A stretch of DNA of 64,000 nucleotides from the NCBI GenBank assembly GCA_043228905.1, contig JBHGNT010000007.1:10044001-10108000 (forward strand), given 5' to 3'. A program made the translations under genes and the position numbers. The notes below the pieces were generated by a model. The model was not told the DNA's origin. It saw only the letters and a list, made by a program, of their open reading frames with translations, and did not search any database. Source of the DNA: Azolla caroliniana (Eukaryota; Plantae; Polypodiophyta). Of this stretch, positions 12,126-23,548 are shown piece by piece. Numbering within the stretch: position 1 is the stretch's first letter; each line of letters starts with the position of its first letter.

Positions 12126-15100
12126 TGTTGTCCGTCGGAATTGTAACCGTCGGACATGGCCCGTAAAATATAAAATATAAAATATATTAGAAGCACTAGT
12201 AAACGTATGTAACGTTTCACACGAGGAGTGTGACCGACTAAAAGCCCTATGTATATAAATGGAAGAAATCCTTTGTAAGAGGGAGCGTGTAATTTTTGGG
12301 AGTGAAGCTTTTGTAATAGAGTCCTATCTTCTCTAATCTCCTTGTCTGTCTATGTAAGTAGTCTACTATCTTGGTGTTGCATTCTGATTCGTAAGTATGG
12401 GTTGTAAGTGTAGGGTAAGTGCATTCTCCCCTTCACACCTAGATGATACATTTCCTTAGTATCCTGTTACGATTCACGCCCAACACTAAATCCTAAACCC
12501 TTGTAACACAATCACCTTGAAGTCTACCTCGAAGGATTGAGCGTAGACAGTGTTCCTAATCGGTAACACTTTTGGCACACCTAGAGATCTATGATTCCTC
12601 GCATACGAGTAGCAAGGAATGGATATGTAGCCATAGACGACCCAGAGAACCAGCCCGATAGGATCGACCATGACGTTTCCTTTCAGGAGTTCAAGATCAA
12701 CCCCATGCTCACCGAACACCGCGACGTCAAGCAGGAAGCCCTGTCACCACATGAAAACCATATTCTTCCCTTGTCGACAGAGACCATAGCGTCTGGAATG
12801 GCTTTCTCCTACCCACGCTTCAACGGCGAAACAAACGCTACAAGCTACATCCAGTTGTTCCTGAATATTTAGAATGCAAATCATATGGGGCAACGGTTTC
12901 CGGCAGTAGAAGCGCACGAATCGAAAATCGCAAAGTTCGGGTTAACTCTGGATGGTAGAGCGACGTGCTGGCAATAATCACAACCTTCGATCAACTCCAA
13001 TCAGCATTTTTGCGGTTTTTTCATTGGAGGGTACCGCAACTTGAGATCATCTGGCAATTCTACACCATTAAGCACTTGCCAAAAGAATCCGTAGTAGATT
13101 TTAGCCTACGTTTCCAAAGCCTACGACGTCAACTTATACCAGCCCCAACAGACGAAGAGGCTAAAGAGACGTTTTTGGTAGCTTTACGAAGACCTATCCA
13201 GACGACGCTTAACACGCATAGTGTGAAAGGGGAAACAACAGATATGGTTATCGAGTGAGCATTACAGCTCGAATTAGAGGAATAAGATGAGGGATTGTCC
13301 ATGTCATCGTTACGACAGGCGTTGCCTTAGGATAAGGAACATTGATTCCGCCAAGCTATGCCGTGCACAATCTATTTAAATTCAGGGCATTCAACGGTAG
13401 AGTGCAATATGAGAATTCATTGTCCAATATGTCACTCAAGAGCACACACGGTGGACCAATGTGAATACAACATGCTTAACAGACCTACACCCGTTGTGCG
13501 ACGCATAGAACTGCAGCGGCAACCTCACAAGAATAATCAAGGGCGACAAGAAGAACGGTTTAGATATGCGGAACGGAATCAGCGCGAAGAACGTCAGTAC
13601 CGTAATCACCGTAGCAGCAACCTGTATTCCAACAAGGAAGAACAGGAGGACGAAGACTATTGGAATACTACTCGATATAATAAAGGGGGGCGTCGTTATG
13701 GCAATCGACATTCATCCACTAATCGCGGAGGATGCGATGGACTGCGACCAAATGCACACAATAGACAATATAGGGACCAACGTTGCTATGACGAGAGTTC
13801 GGAAGATGAGCGGCGTCAGGAGCCACACCGAGAACACCGATAGCCACCACGACATAACAGGAGACTTCAGCAAAATCGAGAGGAGCAAGCCATACCCACG
13901 AAGGCAGCAACACCGCCATGAGGAGAGAGAGGTGAGACCAGTGTCCATTGTTTTGTATGCCAGCAACCCGGACATTACGCAACACAGTGTCCACATCGCA
14001 AAGGCAAGAAACCCGTTGTAAATACGATCACGGCGGAAGTCCAACAGGTCACAACACGGCAACGAGCAAAGAACGTGGATTGGGTTGTGCAAGATGAGAT
14101 ACGCAAAGCAGCCCAAGCGTGGGTAGAAAAAGCAAATGTGGCAAATACGGAGCGTATGAGGTAGGAGTCCGCAAACATCATTTTGTCAATGGAGGAGGAC
14201 ACATTATCACCGGATCCCATATGGTAAGCACTGGCAGACTGTGAAATAACAATGACCATGGAGAAGCTCCTCCGACTGGTTCCACGATTCCGGCAGGTCG
14301 TGGAGAATCGCGTCAAGGGCAGACCCGGATTAGATGTCTCAGCAAATTTTGTGGAGACTAATGATCGTCCATCAATACTGGATCACCATAATCCAGCCAT
14401 TTAGTTGGTACTACAAGGACAGGAAATCTCAGGATGTATAGTTGATGGAGGATCCGGCATCAATGTCATTAGTACAAAGACCTGCACACGATTGGGAATT
14501 TCAAATTGGGAAGCATGCCCTTTCTGGCTCCGCATGGCAGACACCCGTTCTGTCAGGCCCTTAGGGTTGATCCGAAAGGTAGGCATTATCGTTGGCGACC
14601 ATCGTATAAACATCTCTGCAGTGGTACTCTCACTAGACGCTCCGGGAGCATACCTAATATTGCTTGGTAGACCGTGGCTATGTTCAGCTAACATCAAACA
14701 GAACTGGCAGCATAATTGTATCAGTTTCAAACGGGGATGCTGCAAAGTTTGTGTACCAACTCAAGAAATGACGGCACAATCGAAGGGGATAACGCCATTA
14801 TATGCCGAAGACATAAATATGTTGGAGGGAGTAGATGATACAGAGTTGGAAACATGCTGGAAACATATCTTGATGATCACCCGCGGATCGTTCCATTGTT
14901 CGAAATTGACATAATAGAAACTGTTGCAGATTACACCCCCACTAATACGCTTTAGAAAGAGGCATACAAACTGGACCCAGAATCAATAATGGAGTTAAGC
15001 AGAACACACGCAGCGTTCGAGAGCGAAATGGAAATATCACGGAGAGTTACTACCTCGACATTGCAAAAAGTCAATGTCGGAACGACGGCGGACCCTTGAC

Positions 15101-17533
15101 TACTCTCGATTGCGAAGGACTTACTTCCAAGTCAGAAGGCAACGATCTTGGAACTACTCAAGGAATATAAGGATGTTTTTGCATGGTCACACGAGAACAT
15201 GAAGGGGTTGGACCCAAAGTTTTATCAACACAAAATCAACTTATCTACTGACGCAAAACTTGTACAACAACGTCGGTATTGAATGAACCTGAATTACGCG
15301 GCTCACATAAAAGAAGAAATTGACAAACTTCTCAAGGCAAAGTTTATACGGTTGGTAAAGCAAGCAACGTGGCTAAGCTCGATAGTCATAGTGCCAAAGA
15401 AAAATGGCAAAATCCATGTTTGTGTAGATTATCGTAAGTTAAAAACGTCGTGATGATTACGGATGTGTTTCCTTTGCCCTTCATCGATAGCGTACTAGAC
15501 ACAGTCGCAGGCCATGACATGTACAATTTTCTAGATGGCTTTAGCGGATACAATGAGGTATGTATGCATCCTTACGACCAAGAGAAGACTGCGTTCATCA
15601 CGGACTAGGGGTTTACATCGCAGTGGTCATGATGTTTGGGCTCAAGACAACGCTTGCAACTTTTCAACGAACAATCACAGAGATTATTGGGGAGTATATA
15701 CCTGCCTTTATGCAAGTTTTCCTTGAAGACTTTGCGGTATATGGAACAAGAGCTGAACATTTGGCCCATCTCCGACTCTGTTTGGAACCCTGTTGTACTT
15801 CACGTCTAAGCTTGAATCCAGCAAAATGCGCATTCGGTGTTACCAGTGGAGCTATCCTTGGCCACACCGTAAGCAAGGGATAGCGGTGGATCCTAAGAAA
15901 ATTACGGCGATCATTGAAGCAAAAACTCTGACTACTGCAAAAACACTCAGCCATTTTCTAGGACAAATACGCTAGCATAGCCATATGTTACGATATTTGG
16001 CAGATTTTGCTACCCCATTACACGTCGTCATACATCTCACACCTTTGAAGTGGACGACAATTGAAGAAAAAGCTTATAACACACTCAAAATAATGTTAAC
16101 TCAAGCACTGGTAATACAACCACCAGATTGGGCGAAACATTTCCATGTCTTTGTAGATGCTTCGGATATAGCAATAGGCAGCGCATTAATGCAGTTCATG
16201 GCGCCGAATTGGTATAGGCCAGTCTATTACGCTATTCGTACGCTATCTACTGCCGAACAAAATTTCTCCACAATAGAACGGGAGGTGTTGGGAATGATAT
16301 ACAACATCAACAAATTTCGGCATTACCTACTAGGGCGAAAATTTACGTTTCACGTAGATCACACGGCGATATTGTACTTGGTGGAGAAACAGACACTGAC
16401 AGGGAAGCTGGCCAGATGGATGTTGCTGCTCTAGGAGTTCGATTTTGTAATTCAACATCGGCCAAGTACACAGCACGCCATAGTGGATTTTCTAAGCAAA
16501 ATGGATAACGGGGAAAATGTGCGGAAGAATGACGACGACTTTCCTGACGCTGACATTCTGCAAGTCGTGACGATAGCATCATGAGAAGAGAAAACTTTTC
16601 CAGATCGCTGGCTAATGGAGATGACTTACTTTCTGACCACGGGATTGCTACCGCCGCAACTAAGGACAGACGAAAGGAAGCGATTGGCTGTTCGTAGTTG
16701 TAACGTTTGCCTGGTAGAAGGAGTCCTTTATCACAAGGGTAGCGATGGAATCTGGCGACGTGGGATACGCCAGGATGAGAAGGAAGCTGTTTTGTGCGAA
16801 GCTCACTGCGGAACGCTAGGGAGACACTATGTGGGCGATGTTATGGCCACAAAAATATAGCAAACAGGCTTATGGTGGCCAGCTACACAAAAAGATGTGT
16901 ATCTATACTGTCAACAGTGCGATTTATGTCAACGATTGTGGCAACCCACGGAGGTCGCAAGGATGCCACATCAACCGGTTCTGCCGCTGGAACCAATCCA
17001 GAAATAGGGTCTTGATTTTGTTGGTCTCTTTACGTCGGCTGTAGCACGGACCGGCAATAGATCTATTTTGGTGGCCACGAATTACCACACTAAGTGGGTA
17101 GAAGCAAAAGCATTACGAGATAATACAACGACATCCACGACGAAATTTCTTTACGAATACATCTGGTGCCATTTTGGCTGTCCCATCGAACTTATCAGTG
17201 ACCAAGGGAGCCACTTTCTAAATTTGGTCATCCAAGAGCTGACACACCATTACGTCGTGGTTCATAAGAAGAGCACACCGTATTACCCGTAGGAGAATGG
17301 GCTAGCAGAATCCACGAACAAAACCTTACAAACCATATTGAAAAAGATTGTGAATGAGAATAACGTTTTGTGGGTGTATCGGACGAGCTACAAAACTAGC
17401 ATACAATCCACGCCTTTCCGGCTAGCATTTGGGCTAGAGACCATAATGCCCATCGAATTCCAGGTACCTAGTCGGCAGATACAAGTACGGGACCGGCTAT
17501 CAGAACTCAAGTCCGAGCAAATATGGCGACAAC

Positions 17534-18142
17534 TGTAGAGTAATCAACGCTCCGATTAACCTTCACTACTCGGCCACAACCGAGTAAGCACGAATCAATG
17601 CAGCAGAAAATAGGAACCACAGAGAAAGAACACGAATACACATGGATTAACGTGGAAAACCCTAGACGGGAAAAACCACGGGAGTACAAGACTCCAACCA
17701 AAACTATGCATAGAGAAATATACAATGGTGAGCTGCAAGGCGACGACCTTGAGCTCGTTGTCCTCGCCACAGGCGGCGGAAATACACAGAGGCGTCGACC
17801 TCCTCCTCTCTCACGCTCTATCTCTCTCACGGCTGCTCTCTCTTCACTCCTCTTGAGTGGAAAAACAGAAAAATGAGTAGCAACATTAAAACTGTTTGCC
17901 CTAAGTCATATTTATACACATATGACTTTGGGGCTATTTACAACTATAGCCTCAAGGGCCCTTGGCAAACATATTCACAGATATGTCCCCGCATCCGGAT
18001 CTCGCTCCGGGTACATTCGTCATTCGTCATCCGGCTCCGAAGCCGGGGTCTTCATCATCCGGTTCCGAAACCGAAACCGGGCTTGTCGGCATTCATCTCC
18101 GATATCCGACCATCCCATCCGAAAGGGACAGTAATCCCAACA
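17534..18142 (-). repeat. 3' LTR of Copia B (609 bp)
   Basis: Near-identical to 22256-22866. Confidence 0.97.
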
Positions 18143-18152
18143 AACTCCCCCT

Positions 18153-21100
18153 TCACTTCGGCATGGGATGTCTCTCCAATCCGATCCTCTTCCGGCATGC
18201 TTCCAGCTTGTCGGGTGTGAGCACCTTGGTCAGCATATCCGACCCGTTCTCGTCCGTGTGGACCTTCGTCAGCACGAACTCCTTGTCTTCTATCCTTTCC
18301 CGGATCCAGTGATATCTTCGCTGGATGTGCTTCGTCCGGGAGTGATAGGCCGCGTTCTTCGCAAGGTGGATTGCACTCTGACTGTCGCAGTAGAGTCGGT
18401 ACTCCTCCTGTCGGATACCGAGCTGTCTAATGAAGTTCTTCATCCATATTATTTCCTTGCCGGCTTCAACAGCCGCCATGTACTCCGCCTCCGTGGTTGA
18501 TAACGCAACCGTCTTCTGCAGCCTCGACTGCCATGAAACAGCTCCCCCTGCATACGTCATCACATACCCTGATGTGGACCGGCTGGTATCTGCATCAGCC
18601 GACATATCCGAATCGGTGAAGCCGTCGAGTTCGGGCTTACCGGAGCCGAATCGGAGGCACACGTTTGCCGTGCCCTTCAGGTATCGGAGTATCCACTTGG
18701 CCGCGTTCCAATGCTCTTTGCCGGGATTGCTCATGTACCGGCTCACCACTCCGACTGCATATCCTATGTCCGGTCTCGTACACACCATGGCGTACATCAA
18801 GCTCCCGACGGCTGAGGCATACGGCACTTTCATCATATCCTCCTTTTCAGCCTTTGTCTTGGGACTTTGCTTGTTGGACAGCTTGCAGTTTGCCGGGAGG
18901 GTCGATCCGACCGGCCTTGCTTCCGACATGTTGAACCGTTTAAGCACCTTTGTCACGTACTTCTCCTGTGACAGCCACAACTGCTTCTTGCTCCGGTCCC
19001 GGATGATGTGCATCCCTAGTATTTGTCTCGCCGGACCCAAGTCCTTCATTGAGAAGGTTCGGTGAAGAGCCTTCTTCAGCATCCGTATCTTGACCTGGTC
19101 TCGTCCGACGATCAACATGTCGTCCACGTACAGGAGGAGTATTAGAAAGTCTCCTCCTTCGAACTTCTTCACAAACACGCAGTGGTCGGACTGCGTTTTG
19201 AGGTACCCTTCGTCGGTCATGAAGGAGTCGAACTTCCGGTACCATTGCCGGGGAGCCTGCTTCAGTCCGTAAAGGCTCTTCTTCAACCGGCATACCAGGT
19301 GCTCCTTCCCTTTCTTCTCGAATCCTTCCGGTTGCTGCATGTAGATCTCTTCTTCGAGGTCACCGTGAAGGAATGCCGTCTTCACGTCCATCTGTTCTAC
19401 CTCGAGGTCCATGCTTGCCGCTATGCTCAGCACCGTCCGGATGGAGGTCATCTTCACTACCGGGGCAAATATCTCGTCGAAGTCGACGCCCTTCTTTTGC
19501 TGAAACCCCTTCACCACGATCCTGGCTTTGTATCTCGGGGGGTTTCCGGCATCTCCCGGTTTCAGCTTGAACACCCACTTGTTTCGAAGTGCCTGCTTTC
19601 CTTTCGGGAACTCCACAAGTTCATATGTGTGGTTCTCATGCAGGGAATCCATCTCGTCCTGCATGGCACTCAACCACCTGCGGCTCTGGGTGTCATGCTT
19701 TGCTTCTTCAAAGCTCTCCGGCTCCCCCTCGTCGGTTAGCAAGAGGTGCTCTGGTTCCGGAAATCTCCGGGGGGCCCTTCTCTCTCTTAGAGGATATCTC
19801 CATTCCGGAGCTTCGGTAACCGGTTCTTCCGATTCTTCTTCATCCGAATCCATTTCGGGATCGGGGCCGGTTCCGGTATCATTTTCATCTTCTTCGGCCG
19901 GTTCTGTTTCTTCACCGTCTTCGGCCGGATCCTCGAGTGCTAACCGGTCCCTTGCCGGTCGGGACTGCTCCTCGTAGAGTTGATCCTCACCGGTCGACTT
20001 GGAGCTCTTCATCTTCTTCTCCGACTCCCAGTCGGCGAGTGTCTTGTTCTCCATGAAGATGATATCACGACTCCGGAATATCTTCTTGTCGACCGGGTCC
20101 CATACTCGATAGCCGAACTCGTCATCGCCGTAACCGAGGAATATGCATGGCCGGGTCTTTGGATCTAGCTTTCCTCTCCGGTCCTTTGCCACATGCACGT
20201 ATGCGAGACACCCGAACACCTTCAGATGCCGGTAGGATACTTCCCTACCGGTCCACACTCTCTGCGGCGTGTCTCCGTCCAAAGGTACTGAGGGTGATCG
20301 GTTTATCACATATGTCGCCGTCGACATTGCCTCAGCCCAAAACCCCTTGGGTAATTTCGCATGCGCCAGCATACTCCGGACCCTCTCCATTATGGTCCGG
20401 TTCATCCTCTCGGCCAACCCGTTCAGTTTCGGCGTCTTCGGCACAGTAAACTCGAGCCGGATTCCCTTCGAGCGACAGTACTCCTGGAACTGTCCCCGGT
20501 ATTCCCCTCCGTTATCCGCTCGTATCGCTTTCAGCTTCTTGCCGGATTCTCTTTCCACTCTCGCGTGGAGTTCTTTGAAGACGGACAACACTTGGTCCTT
20601 TGTCTTCATCGGTGCCGTCCACAGTCTTCGGCTATGATCATCTATGAATGTTACGAAGTACTGGGCTCCGCCATGTGACTTCGTTTCTACCACACACACA
20701 TCGGTGTGCACCAACTCCAATGGTGCGCTACGTCTCGTCGGTGGCCTTGAGTGGAAGGAGGTTCGGTTCTGCTTACCGGCCAGGCAATCGGTGCACTTCT
20801 CCAGGTGCACGTGCTTCACTGGAATAAGGTTGTCTTCTGCAAGCCTCTTCATCCCCTTCTCACTCATGTGGCACAGTCTTTTGTGCCACAGCTCACCGGC
20901 AGTGTCGGCTGCCACATTCAGCTCTTCCGGACATAACCGAGCATTCATCAGGTACAGTGTGTTGATCTTCCGGGCCCGAGCCACTATCAGGCTCCCCTTG
21001 CTGAACTTCATTACGCCGTTCCGGATGCTACCTGTGTAGCCTTCATCGTCTAGCCTCCCGGCCGAAATCAGGTTCAATCGAACCTCCGGAACGTGTCGGA

Positions 21101-22226
21101 CATCCTTCAGCAGCATTTTACATCCGGTCGAGGTTGTCAACCACACGTCTCCTATGCCGGCGATCCGGCACGTACCTTCATTTCCCATCCGAACACAGCC
21201 ATGCTCACCGGCTGCGTAGGATGAGAAGTATCTTCTTTCCGGGGTCAGGTGGAACGACGCTCCGGAATCGACCACCCAGGTCGTCTCATCGCCGGCAATG
21301 TTTAGCTCACCTTCTTCGGTGATGAGCATGATTTCTTCCTCACTTGCCGCGAGTGCCGTCGTTCCTTTCCTGTCCTGCCCTCGCCGATTCGAACCATTCC
21401 GGTCCGTGGCTCCCCGGTAAGCACCGTTCCGTTCCGAAGACTTCTTCAAATCGGTGTCGTCGGCTCCGTTGTCTTTTCGGTAATGCCGACAATTCTTTCG
21501 GAAGTGCCCCGGCTTCCCACAGTGGAAGCATGTGGGTCTTCCTCTTGACTGCGACCGGGTCCCCGACTTCTCCCGTCTTTGCGGACTCCGGTTCCGTTGT
21601 CTTCCCTGATCCGATTCGGTAAACAACATCTTCGGATCGGAGGCCGGTTCTTTATCTCTCCGACGCGCTTCATCGTTCAAAATACTTGTCTTTACCGTTT
21701 GTAGGGACAAGTTATCTTCGGTGCAGGAGGTGCTGAGAGTCACCACCAAGTTCTCCCAGCTTTCCGGCAATGTACACATCAGGATGATGGCTTGCATTGC
21801 ATCCTCCAACGGGAACTTGATCGCCGCAAGCTGGTTCACGAATCCCATGAACGTGCTTACGTGTTCCACCATACTCTCGCCGTCCCGGTACTTGAGGTTC
21901 ACTATCTTCCTCATCAGGGAGGTCCGGTTCAACGCATTCTTCCTCTCGTAGAGGCCCGACAGCTTCCGCCACATCTCATATGCGTTGGTGTCGTTCGCCA
22001 CATGTTGTAGAACGCTCACGTCGACGTATTGCCGAATGGTTGCAACGGCTTTCCGGTTTAGAAGCCTCCATTCCGACTCAAGTACCCCCTTCGGTATTTC
22101 CGACCTGTCAATCGGTTCGTACAGGTCCCGAACAATCAGAAGATCCTCCATCTTGATCTTCCAGTCGGCGTAATTCTGTGCATTCAACACCATCATCCCC
22201 GACTGCCCGCTGCCGCCGCCTTCCAT
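18153..22226 (-). CDS. Copia gag-pol polyprotein, 1357 aa, uninterrupted
   Basis: CFHCGKPGHFRKNC; WVVDSGAS; WHKRLCH..CTDC; VHTDVC / RADNGGEY / AER DDE triad; YVDD; CDSQSAI..RTKHI. Confidence 0.97.
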   Translation of the reverse strand: MEGGGSGQSGMMVLNAQNYADWKIKMEDLLIVRDLYEPIDRSEIPKGVLESEWRLLNRKAVATIRQYVDVSVLQHVANDTNAYEMWRKLSGLYERKNALNRTSLMRKIVNLKYRDGESMVEHVSTFMGFVNQLAAIKFPLEDAMQAIILMCTLPESWENLVVTLSTSCTEDNLSLQTVKTSILNDEARRRDKEPASDPKMLFTESDQGRQRNRSPQRREKSGTRSQSRGRPTCFHCGKPGHFRKNCRHYRKDNGADDTDLKKSSERNGAYRGATDRNGSNRRGQDRKGTTALAASEEEIMLITEEGELNIAGDETTWVVDSGASFHLTPERRYFSSYAAGEHGCVRMGNEGTCRIAGIGDVWLTTSTGCKMLLKDVRHVPEVRLNLISAGRLDDEGYTGSIRNGVMKFSKGSLIVARARKINTLYLMNARLCPEELNVAADTAGELWHKRLCHMSEKGMKRLAEDNLIPVKHVHLEKCTDCLAGKQNRTSFHSRPPTRRSAPLELVHTDVCVVETKSHGGAQYFVTFIDDHSRRLWTAPMKTKDQVLSVFKELHARVERESGKKLKAIRADNGGEYRGQFQEYCRSKGIRLEFTVPKTPKLNGLAERMNRTIMERVRSMLAHAKLPKGFWAEAMSTATYVINRSPSVPLDGDTPQRVWTGREVSYRHLKVFGCLAYVHVAKDRRGKLDPKTRPCIFLGYGDDEFGYRVWDPVDKKIFRSRDIIFMENKTLADWESEKKMKSSKSTGEDQLYEEQSRPARDRLALEDPAEDGEETEPAEEDENDTGTGPDPEMDSDEEESEEPVTEAPEWRYPLRERRAPRRFPEPEHLLLTDEGEPESFEEAKHDTQSRRWLSAMQDEMDSLHENHTYELVEFPKGKQALRNKWVFKLKPGDAGNPPRYKARIVVKGFQQKKGVDFDEIFAPVVKMTSIRTVLSIAASMDLEVEQMDVKTAFLHGDLEEEIYMQQPEGFEKKGKEHLVCRLKKSLYGLKQAPRQWYRKFDSFMTDEGYLKTQSDHCVFVKKFEGGDFLILLLYVDDMLIVGRDQVKIRMLKKALHRTFSMKDLGPARQILGMHIIRDRSKKQLWLSQEKYVTKVLKRFNMSEARPVGSTLPANCKLSNKQSPKTKAEKEDMMKVPYASAVGSLMYAMVCTRPDIGYAVGVVSRYMSNPGKEHWNAAKWILRYLKGTANVCLRFGSGKPELDGFTDSDMSADADTSRSTSGYVMTYAGGAVSWQSRLQKTVALSTTEAEYMAAVEAGKEIIWMKNFIRQLGIRQEEYRLYCDSQSAIHLAKNAAYHSRTKHIQRRYHWIRERIEDKEFVLTKVHTDENGSDMLTKVLTPDKLEACRKRIGLERHPMPK

Positions 22227-22255
22227 TTTCTGCAGCAGTCGCTCTGATACCAGTT

Positions 22256-22866
22256 TGTAGAGTAATCAACGCTCCGATTAACCTTCACTACTCGGCCACA
22301 ACCGAGTAAGCACAAATCAATGCAGCAGAAAATAGGAACCACAGAGAAAGAACACGAATACACAGGGATTAACGTGGAAAACCCTAGACGGGAAAAACCA
22401 CGGGAGTACAAGACTCCAACCAAAACTATGCATAGAGAAATATACAATGGTGAGCTGCAAGGCAACGACCTTGAGCTCGTTGTCCTCGCCACAGGCGGCG
22501 GAAATACACAGAGGCGTCGACCTCCTCCTCTCTCACGCTCTATCTCTCTCACGGCTGCTCTCTCTTCACTCCTCTTGAGTGGAAAAACAGAAAAATGAGT
22601 AGCAACATTAAAACTGTTTGCCCTAAGTCATATTTATACACATATGACTTTGGGGCTATTTACAACTATAGCCTCAAGGGCCCTTGGCAAACATATTCAC
22701 AGATATGTCCCCGCATCCGGATCTCGCTCCGGGTACATTCGTCATTCGTCATCCGGCTCCGAAGCCGGGGGGTCTTCATCATCCGGTTCCAAAACCGAAA
22801 CCGGGCTTGTCGGCATTCATCTCCGATATCCGACCATCCCATCCGAAAGGGACAGTAATCCCAACA
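22256..22866 (-). repeat. 5' LTR of Copia B (611 bp)
   Basis: By eye 4 substitutions plus a 2-bp G-run indel versus the 3' LTR. Confidence 0.97.
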
Positions 22867-23548
22867 ACAACAACTTGAACTAGGCGAGGTGCGTATCCGC
22901 ATTATGGCCATACTTCAGCAAGAGTAGGTACAGCGTAAAGCATTCGTGGATCGGCATCAGGGCGCATGAGAGAAGGACTTTGCAGTAGGAAAGGTTGTAT
23001 TAGTTTTTCAAACATGCATGGGTCAAATACCAGAAAAATTACGGTTCCAATGGACGGGGCCATACTAGATAGTTGGAGCAGAGAATGGCACTTTTCAATT
23101 AGGAACTCTCGTCGGGGAGTTACTTCGACAGAAAGTGAATGGGTTCCAATTAAAACCTTATCTAGGACCTACGCCTGCAAACCCATTTCACGCTATCACT
23201 GACACGGCAAAGGGGCCCATACACTAATTAATAGGTGGGGGCCTCTTGTCATATAATGTAACAGTAATATTGTAAAAAAAAAGAGAGGATGGGCACGACT
23301 ATTAAAAGGACTTTATGCATGCACAAACTTCAAGATCAAGAACACGCGGCACCACGATGACACACGAGCCAATGAACCCTAGAACACAAAAAGAGAAAAA
23401 CAAAAGGTTTTCTGCACATTATAGAAAACAGTCTTCACCCTTCAACTCTCTTCTCTCTTCTCACTCTTCTCGCTCTCCACCGTACCACGGAACCCACGTC
23501 CACCATAGCCTGCAAGCTTCGCCCAGTTCTCACAAGCCCCATCCAACC

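Larger units (their letters stand above)
17534..22866 (-). mobile_element. Intact young Ty1/Copia element B inserted in the Gypsy C integrase
   Basis: LTRs 22256-22866 and 17534-18142; TSD ACAAC (17529-33, 22867-71); tRNA-iMet PBS (rc 22241-22252); PPT next to 18143. Confidence 0.97.

Noticed and set aside
18168-22173. Numerous antisense and alternate-frame ORFs over GC-rich Copia pol (also 51000-64000)
   Set aside because: Shadow ORFs arising from codon bias; no independent motifs.
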